64,000 bases of DNA, taken from NCBI RefSeq assembly GCF_009914755.1, contig NC_060929.1, one strand, 5' to 3'. Shown here in pieces: positions 54,491 to 64,000 of the stretch (positions are counted from its first letter, which is position 1; each line of letters begins with the position of its first letter). The translations under genes and the position numbers were made by a program. This DNA comes from the human T2T-CHM13v2.0 reference genome, Homo sapiens. The notes beneath the pieces are model-generated. The model saw only the letters and a list, made by a program, of their open reading frames with translations, did no database searches and was not told the origin of the DNA.

Positions 54491-56017
54491 TCTCCTATTA
54501 AAATTGCTGCAAGACTGTACGAGCGTTTCTTCCTCCAGTGTTGTTAACTTCTTCCTATGCCCACCTACATGACAGCCAGATAAAATTAAACCTCCTCAGC
54601 ATGTTTTACATAGATGTCTCCACCTATCCTACCTCTCCAGACTCTCCTCTGAGGCCACCTCCATCTCCAGCTTTCACTTTCATGACCATACTGAGCTTCA
54701 TGTTTTCTTTGAATCCTGAATTTTACCTAGGATTCTCTTACAGGTTTCCTGATATGGCAAGGCCCTATTTATAGACTTAGAATTAATCTCCACCAAGATG
54801 TTTTTCTTTACATGTCAACTTTATGTTCTGTTTGTGGTGCAAGATATATAATCATTCACTGATATTTCTTGTTTACTCACTTGTCTTCCTCTTGATAACG
54901 TGTTCCTATAAGGGAGGGGTTTTATAACCAATTTCTTGTCATGTCTGGTAACTTTTACTTAAATCCTGCCATTGTGTATGATATATTGTAGGTGCCTGAT
55001 GATGTTAATTCTGTCAGAAAGCCTTCACTCTCTTGTCTGTTCAGCAAAGAGAATTGTGGCAAATGTCTTATTTCAATTAGAGATTGAATCAGTTCATGGC
55101 TGGGTTTATAGTATTCACAAAGATTTGCCTAACTCTTTATTTCACTGCTTCTAGTGTTCATGGAACCCAACTAAGATCTTGCATTGTTTATTAGTGCCTA
55201 ACCACTTTATGAATCATAAATGCCAATTTTGTCTCTTCAGGATTGTGAAATTCACAAGACAACATTCAGATTTTAGAGGCTTTTTTCCCTAGCTGCTGGT
55301 CTAGATTTCTGCCCAGTTAAATAATAAAATAATAATAATAATAATAATAAAGAAAAAAAGACAAACACTCATACTCACTTTTCTGTGTCTCTTTTTATTG
55401 GGAACTTGACCATCCCATGGGCTCCCATGTCAAATACTAGGTGTCGTCTCTTCAGTCCAAGGCGCACAACTCTTTGTTGCTGTCTCTGCTTCTCAGCACT
55501 GCACCTTGGCTTGAGTTATCGATCCTCTCCTCTGTCCAAAGTTGGCAAATTCCATGAGAGAAAATGCATCTGTAGGGTATTAGCGTGCTTTCTGTGTTTT
55601 ATATTTATCAAGTCTTGCCTTGATTATTTGCCAGTTGTTTGCCTTGGTATTTGCCAATTCCTTCAAACAGCTTTATTTGTACTTACTCATCTTTCCCGTG
55701 GATCTTGATGGAAGCATTCATTTGCATCCAATTCTTAACAACTAAAATATGATTGTGTATGTATGTGTGTGTGTTTAATATGTAACATGAACAACATTAA
55801 TCCAACATGTTTCACTCTCCGAGAATAATAATGGGCATTAATATCAAAGGAATCTATATACTAAAAAAAGAACATAATAATTTTAATGTGTTGAATTCAA
55901 AATTTGTCAGGTATATTTGAACTTAATTCTCTACCAATTTTCTTTGTTCACATATACTAAATATTTTCAGGGGCTAGCATTTGAAGAGAAAATTCAAAAT
56001 TACTTACCAAGATAATT

Positions 56018-56374
56018 TTTATAAATTGAATATTTGTGTCTTTCTCCCCAAATTTAATGTTGATATCTATTCACGAAAGTGATGATATTTAAAGGTGGGG
56101 TCTTTGGGAGGTAATTAGATCATGAGGCTAAAGCCTTCATGAATGAGATTAGTGTCCATATAAGAAACCAGAGAGCTAGCTTGCTTTTTTTTGTCCACCA
56201 TGTAAAGATACAAAAAGTTGGCTGTCTGCAGCCTGGAAGTTGACCCTCCACAGAACCTGACCAAACTGACGTCCTCATCACAGACTTTTGCCCATGAGAA
56301 TTGTGAGAAATAAATGTTTGTTGCTCAAAGCACCTAGTTTATGATACTTTGTTCCAGCACTTGGAATTAATACA
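56018..56374 (+). mobile_element. MLT1A-type solo LTR
   Basis: GGTGGGGTCTTTGGGAGGTAATTAGATCATGAGG and GAATTGTGAGAAATAAATGTTTGTTG. Confidence 0.82.
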
Positions 56375-57839
56375 ATAACATTTGCCAAAATTACATCTCA
56401 TCATATCATATGTTCTCTAGAAGCATTAATCCCGTCTCTTGTATGCACTGAATTATATACTGGCTATCTCTGTATTATTTAACTTCTTGAAAGTACTGTC
56501 ATATGGAGAGTTGTTTATCTTGATTAGATATAACTGAGTATTTTTGAATATTATTATTCCTAAAAATAGATTCTCCCATGAAATTTGATTTAGTTTTATT
56601 TTTTCTAAATTGAATAAATTTTCAAAATACTATGATGTTAGGGCAATTTGGATACCTAGAATCGTTGTTGAACCTTTTGACATCTTCACTCTGGAAAAGG
56701 TAGAGAAGGCATGAATTGATAAATTTAGCAATGAGACTCAAGCATAAACACTCATATTATGGAAGCTGATGATATTTGTGTTCAGATGTCAGAACATAGG
56801 GATTCAGGAGTGTCTAGTAGTGAGAGAGAAATTCTCAGATACAATTCTTCCTTGGTATCTGAGAATTTGTATCTAACAAATTTGTAAGGATACAAATTTG
56901 TATCCTTGTATCTAACCATTTGATGTATCTGTAGTATGCCCCTTCATACACACTACCTCTGAGATAATAAACTATATTCTTTTCCCTTCTTGATTTTTTA
57001 ACTGCAGTATGCTTTCAAAATAAAATTTCATTTATTTTCTAAGAGAACTAATTGACTTCTTATTTAAGCAAATGAAAGACTTTATTACCATTTAAACTAT
57101 TTCTTTAGGAGCAGAGTTGGAATACTATGCTCTTGCTTAATATAACCAGGATTCATATGTAACAATAATGATTGATAAATATATGCTATAATTTGCCAAG
57201 TCAAAATATTAAAAAGAAAAGTTAATTCTTTAGATGTTTCATATCATTTACTTTTTGTTTTAGATAATATAATTATTTTCTTCTTATGGTATATTTAAGC
57301 TATTTGTTTTCACTAAATTAATAATTTTTAATTTATATCTTTAAAGGTTATATAAACTATAAGGACTATAAATGCATAAGAATATATGATTTTAAAAAGA
57401 CTTTTCAAAATTTGGGTACAGATTTTAAAAATTAACTAGTAAGTGCCAATGCAGCACCTAAGTCAGCATCTGTAATTCTGACAGGCTGACATTAAAAAGA
57501 AATTAATCTTTTTCTGAAAGTCACTATTAATTTATAAAACATAAAGAAGCTAATTTACATGAATTGCTTTAAAATGTATTTATTTTTCTGATTTTACTTA
57601 GACTAATATATGAAATATATTTAATTTTTCATATAATTTAAAGACCTAAAAACATATTTTGTTTATTAGGTTGTCTTTACTATAATGATTTTAAGTATGA
57701 GTCATCTGAAATGCACAGAAAAACATGTAATTTTTCAGCCCATATTTACTAAACTATAAAATTAAATAGGAAGACATTTGTCTCATAAATGAGAGTATTG
57801 GTTAGGGGTGGCAGTGTGTGTTATAAATTTATAATCAAA

Positions 57840-58127
57840 ATCTCAGAGTTTTAGACTGCTGATTTTTACCCATTGGTGAGCACTGAAATTTGATGGAGCT
57901 CATCCAAAATTATTAAATAATAAAATAAAGCATAGTATAAAAGAGAGTAAAATAAAATAGAATACATCAAATATAGTAGAAATAAGTATTATTTTGGAAT
58001 TCTTTTGTTTGAATTATATGTATATGTGTATTCATACATACATTCATATACATGTGTATAGTTTACATCACAATATTAATAATATAGTTTACTGTTTGTT
58101 AGGTCAAAACATTTGAAAAACAAAGTG
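57840..58127. mobile_element. hAT-Charlie-type MITE (family uncertain)
   Basis: ACCCATTGGTGAGC...AAATAGAATA...GGTCAAAACATTTGAAAA. Confidence 0.45.
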
Positions 58128-58730
58128 ACAGAATTTTTATTATTTCAAAAAATGCAAGTTTATCTTTCTTTGCACTCTAATTTAATTGCACTTTCTATTT
58201 TAAAATGCTAATACTTTATTATTTTTAACACCTTGCACTATGAATACACTTATATAGAATTAGTTTTGATGACTTATCCTGAACAAATTTTAAGTATACA
58301 TGAATAATTTTTAGGTCATGGATTTGGTATGACATTTATTACATTGTACCTTCCTATAGGCAGATTATATCTCTACATTCATCATATGTGTTTGCCATTT
58401 GATTGTCGCATGCGATGAAACTGGAACAGACTTCATGCCATCCCTTCTGAGAGGGTGCTTTAAATGAGCTTGGAGGATTTGGGTCAACTTCTTAGAGTCT
58501 AGGAAAGCCTAGTGGAGCCACACACAACCAGAACCTAGCAGAGTCACCAGCAACAGCTGAATGAGAAACGAATTTTCATTTCTGTAAGCTAACACATGTG
58601 TGTGTTGTTTCTGTATTGAAACCTGACTAAACAGAAATTTCTACCAGGAATACAATTTGCCTGTAATATCAATGCTGGTAGTGAGTGTTGAATGCTGGTA
58701 GAATGCTGGTAGTGAGTGTTGACTGATTCA

Positions 58731-59010
58731 TTTTTTAATTGATGCATAATATTTGTACATATTTATGGGATACATGTGATAATTTATAGCATATATACAA
58801 TGTGTGATGGTCAAATTAGGGTCATAGGACTATCCACCACCTCAAGCATTTATCATTTCTTTGTGTTGGGGACATTCCAAATCTTCTCTTTTAGCTATTT
58901 TAAAGTATTATAAATGATTGTTAACTAGAGACCCTGCTGAGCTATTAAACACTAGAACTTATTCCTTTTATTTAAGTGTATTTTTGAACCTACTAACGAA
59001 CCTCTCTTTA
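58731..59010 (-). mobile_element. L1MA-type 3' end
   Basis: ATAATATTTGTACATATTTATGGGATACATGTGATA...CACCTCAAGCATTTATCATTTCTTTGTGTTGGG. Confidence 0.87.
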
Positions 59011-59047
59011 CTTTATGTGATGAAGTGCTATAAAAATATGAGCTCAA

Positions 59048-59371
<324 letters not shown>

Positions 59372-59481
59372 CTAATTGCAGGGAAGAATTAAAAGAAAAG
59401 TAGACATAAGTACCACAAATTCTGGATATTTTGTGATTAGAAAAATAATTGATTCTCATACATTATTTGTAAATACTTGTA

Positions 59482-61961
59482 TTTATTTTTTATTTTTTGA
59501 TTTCTAACTTTTATTTTAAGTTCAGGGATACATGTGCAGGATGTGCAGGTTTGTTGCATAGGTAAACACATAAGTAAACGCATACCATGGTGGCTTGTTG
59601 CACAGATCATCATATCACCTAGGAATTCAGCCCAGCATCCTTTGGCTATTCTTCCACATGCTGTCCCTCTCCCCTTCCTCCCTGCCATGGACAGACCCTA
59701 ATGTGTGCTGTTCCCCCGCAAGGTGTCCATGTGTTTTCACTGTCCAGCTCCCACTTATAAGTGAGAACATGTGATGTTTAGTTTTCTGTTTCTATGTTAG
59801 TTTGCTGATGATAATAGCTTCCAGCTCCATTCATGTCCCTGCAAAAGACAAGATTTTTTTCCTTTTTATGGCTGCATAGTATTCCATTGTAACTGCCCCA
59901 TGGTTCATTTTGCCTTCTGCTTAGGCAGAGCCGATCTCTCAAGTCAGGTGAATTGCAATAGAGAAGGAGTAATTCACACAGAGCTAGCTATACCAGAGAC
60001 CAGAGTTGTGTTATTACTCAAATGAGTCTCCCTAAGCATTCAAGGAACAGAATTTTTAAAGACAACTTAGTGGGTAGGGGAAGCCCATGAGCCAGGTGTG
60101 TTCATTGGTCAGGTCAGAGATGAAATCATTGGGAGTTGAAGCTGTCTTCTTGCAATAGGTCAATTCCTGGGTGGGGGTCTCAAGATCAGATGAGCCAGTT
60201 TATCCATGTGGGTGGTGCCAACTGATCTGTCAAGTGCAGAGTTTGCAAAATATCTCAAACGTTGATCTCAGGATCAGTTAAGGGAGGATCAGAATCTTGT
60301 AGTCTCCAGCTGCATGACTCCTAAACCATAATTTCTAATCTCATGGATAATGTTGGTCCTACAAAGGCAATCTAGTCCCCAGGCAAGAAGGAGGTCTGCT
60401 TTGGGAAAGAGCTGTTATTATCTTTGTTTTAAACTATAAACTGTAAACTGAGTTTCTTCCAAAGGTAGTTCAGCCTACACCCAGGAATGAACAAAGACAG
60501 CTTGCAGGTTAGAAGCAAGATGGAGTTGGTTAAGTTAGATCTCTTTTACTGTCTCAGTTTTAATTTTGCAAAGGTGGTTTCACTATGCTGTATATGGACC
60601 ATATTTTGTTTATCCAGTCTATTATTGATGGGGCATTTCGGTTGATTCCTTGTCTTTGCTGTTGTGAATAGTGCTGCAATGAACCATACGTGTGCATGTA
60701 TCTTTATAATAGAATAATTTGTATTCCTTGAGGTATATATCCAATAATGGGGTTGCTTGGTCAAATGGTATTTCTGCCTCCAGGTCTTTGAGGAATTGCC
60801 ACACTGTCTTCCTTAATGATTGAACTAATTTACACTCTCCACAACAGTGTAAACATCTTCCTTTTTCTCCACAACCTGGCCAGCAACTGTTGCTTTTTTG
60901 GCTTTTTAGTACAAGCCATTCTGACTGGTATGAGATGGTGTCTCATTGTGGTTTTTGATTTGCATTTCTCTAATAATGAGAGATGTTGAGCTTTTTTTAT
61001 GTTAGCCACGTGTTTGTCTTTTTTTTTGAGAAGAGTCTTTTCATGTCCTTTGCCCACTTTTTAATGAGGCTATTTATTTGGGTCTTGTAAATTTGTTTAA
61101 ATTCCTTGTAGATGCTGGATATTAGACCTTTGTCAGATGGATAGATTGCAAAAAATTTCTCTCATAGTGTAGGCTGTCTGTTTATGCTGATGATGGTTTC
61201 TTTGGCTGTGCAGAAGTTTCTTAGTTTAATTAGATTTCATTTGTCAATTTTTGCTTTTGTTGCAATTGCTTGTGTGTTTTCTTCATGAAATCTTTGCCTG
61301 TGCCTATGTCCTGAATGGTATTGCCTAGATTTTCCTCTGTGGTTTTTATAGTTTTGAGTTTTACAGTTAAGTCTTTAATTCATATTGAGTTGATTTTTGT
61401 ATGTGGTGTAAGGGTGGGGTCCAGTTTCAATTGTCTGCATATTTGCTAGCCAGTTGTCCCAGCACTGTTTATTAAATAGAAAATTATTTCCCCCTTTCCC
61501 CTTGCTTGTTTTTGTCAGGTTTGTCAAAGATCAGATTGTTGTACATGTGTGGTCTTATTTCTGGGCTATTTATTCTGTTCCATTGGTCTATGTGTCTGTT
61601 TTTATACCAGTACCATGCTGTTTTGGTCACTGTAGCCTTGTAGTATAGTTTGAAATCAGGCAGTGCGATGCCTCCAGCTTTGTTCTTTTTGCTTAGAATT
61701 GTCTTGGCTAATTGGGTTCTTCTCTGGTTCCATATGAATTTTAAAATAGTTTTTTTTCTAATTCTGTGAAGAATGTCAATGATAGTTTAATGAAAATAGT
61801 TTTGAATCTATAAATAGCTTTGGGCAGTATGGCCATTTTCACAATATTGATTTTTCCTATCTATGGCCATGGAATGTTTTTCTATTTGTTGGTGTCATCT
61901 CTCATTTCTTTGATCAGTGGTTTGTAGTTCTCCTTGAAGAGGTCCTTCACTTCCCTGTTAG
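59482..61961 (-). mobile_element. 5'-truncated L1PA (older primate subfamily), interrupted by LTR8
   Basis: 3' UTR TTCAGGGATACATGTGCAGGATGTGCAGGTTTGTT. ORF2 C-terminal fragments (MWQFLKDLEAEIPFD). Confidence 0.93.
59888..60582 (-). mobile_element. LTR8 (HUERS-P1) solo LTR nested in L1
   Basis: The - strand reads TGAAACCACCTTTGCAAAATTA...GGGCAGTTACA. The 4-bp TSD is CCAT/CTAT, and the L1 sequence resumes in register. Confidence 0.9.
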
Positions 61962-63559
61962 TCATACCTATGAAGACTAATTAAAATTATTAGTAATTAA
62001 GTGCTACTATTTACAAATGCCTATTAAGATCTAGAATGAAACTTAGACTCAGGAAAAACAAATTCAAAAGGCTGGCTAGTATCCCCTTTTCTAAGATACA
62101 AAATTACCTTAAAGTGGTCCCCGGTAAATATTTCAGTTATACAAAATGAAACAGAGAAGTTAGAGCATTGCCATACTTCCACTGAAACCTGATAGGCTCC
62201 ATACTTTTCACCAAGTTGAAAGAAAAACAGAAAAAGTGTGCGACAAGATTCTCAAAAAGAATCATAGATATAATTAACAATGGAAGTGAAGGACCTCTTC
62301 AAGGAGAACTACAAAAATAATGTGCAAATAGGTATGACGACTGGCACATGGGGCTGCATGGAATAAAAAATTATAATAAATAATAATAAATTTCCAAAAA
62401 TTTATTAATTTTTAAAAAAGTTAACATTTTGGCATTATTGTATATTTCACACTGCCATCAGATTAAGAATATCTGTGACCATTTCAGAAAAACATGTCAC
62501 TTTATTTTCATTCATTTCTACCTCCAAAAAGTTCACCTAAAAAGTTTGCTTAGCTTCCAGAAATAACATAGTCTCTCAAATTCAGATGTTATCAAGGAGA
62601 TGAATGGAAGAACGATGGTCTCCCAGAGGCAGAAACAAGAGTCATAGAGAAAAATGAACAGAGTTATGTGCTCCCAGGGAGTGCAATGGGCTTAACAGGA
62701 AAACATTCTCTATCCACGAATAGGAGAAACTTACTATATTATCCCAGAGGGATTTCAGAATTGTTATGGACCAGTAAACAAGGTGTGCTTCTTCTCTTTT
62801 CTGAATGTGCTCATTTTGGCTATTTTGTATTATTGAATGTTGTGTTTGAGGAGAGTTATGTAACTTGTATTATTACTTGTTAGCCAGCTAGAGCAGGAAG
62901 AGCTGCATGTGGAACTGAGGCATATTAAAAATCTCTGGTCTTTGAGCCTCATATCATGATTGAATGAGACATTTTTTGGGTTAATTCCTGCAGAGAAGAA
63001 GATTGTATTTTCATATGGGAGATAAATGGATATTTAGAACTAATAGAGCGGAGTGGTATATTGTACAATTTTCTCCAATTGTCTTCATCTTCTCCTGTAA
63101 GAGTATTTTACATACCACCTTTGGCATACCCCTTGTTGACCTTCACTATGTGTCTGTCTTTTTCTAGGGGGTTATGTGTATTTCATATCTAAACTTTTCA
63201 ATGCACCTCTGTGCATTTGTTCACCCTTTTTTTCTTGCCTTCTGCAATCAGAACACCGTGTACTAGCTGGGAGCTGCTTCTTCAGCCTGAAATTTAGGAT
63301 GTAAAACATAATGAGCAGAGCCAAATAGAGCCACTGCCAATTTGCAGAATCATGAGTGGGAGATGAGTGTCTGTGATTGTATCCACACAGACTATCTGTA
63401 ATTGCAAAAAAAAAAAAAAAAACCAGAAACAAAAACAAAACACTTTCTTATACATTACCCCATTTGTGATTTTTTGGGGGGTTCTCAGATTACATTGTAT
63501 CTTTTGGTTTGTCTGTTTATTTTAGGCATAGTTCTTACTTAGATTTATAATTGTTTTAT

Positions 63560-63710
63560 TCATTTGTGTATTTCTTATTTTAAATTTATCACCCATTAGC
63601 TTCAATGCTCAATGAAGACATAGTCTGCTCTCCTTCTCACTGTGATCCTAAAATCTACACATTTACTGGTACATAGCAGATATGCAAAAATATTTGTTAA
63701 TGTAATACAT
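63560..63710 (+). mobile_element. L2 3' end fragment
   Basis: CTGGTACATAGCAGATATGCAAAAATATTTGTTAATG. Confidence 0.55.
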
Positions 63711-64000
63711 AATTGAAAAAATCTTCCCTTTCATGGTAATATCTCTATATATGAATACATATGCATATGCACAACCCAGGTAGAAGTTAGCAGTGTATTA
63801 GAACAACTCTTCAATGTGAGTCTTGCATTTCATTTAAATTTGAATGTGTTTAAACTTTATTTCCACATTTAGAGTTTAAGATCTTTAATGGTAGTGGCTA
63901 TTCCTCACAGTGCTAACGTTATTAGCATTCCTGCACCCACATAACTTTTGAACACTTTTTAAAACATTACTTATTGCTTTTACTCTGAACATAAAGCTGG

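Overview
This is AT-rich primate genomic DNA, almost certainly human because it carries an AluYa5 with all five diagnostic positions. I see no cellular protein-coding exon, RNA gene or CRISPR-like array. Roughly half or more of the window is recognisable transposable-element debris. The main elements are a CpG-rich solo LTR12C (+); a 3'-deleted HERV9 provirus (-) with LTR12, tRNA-Arg PBS and decayed gag-pro-RT; five LTR-int-LTR MaLR proviruses (MSTA, THE1D, MLT1A-type and two MLT1I/J-type); a near full-length Tigger1; a piggyBac MER75; L1, L2 and MIR fragments; nine Alus; and several microsatellites. Nearly all ORFs in the supplied track are repeat-derived or chance. I cannot support a new biological system here. 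The points most worth checking are structural: a deletion that joins HERV9 pol in-sense to a THE1 poly(A) signal, consensus splice sites just downstream of the LTR12C promoter, an L1 with its extreme 5' end fused to its 3' end, an inverted duplication at an L1 5' junction, and fold-back scars. Subfamily names come from recalled consensus sequences rather than a RepeatMasker run, and boundaries of old elements are approximate.
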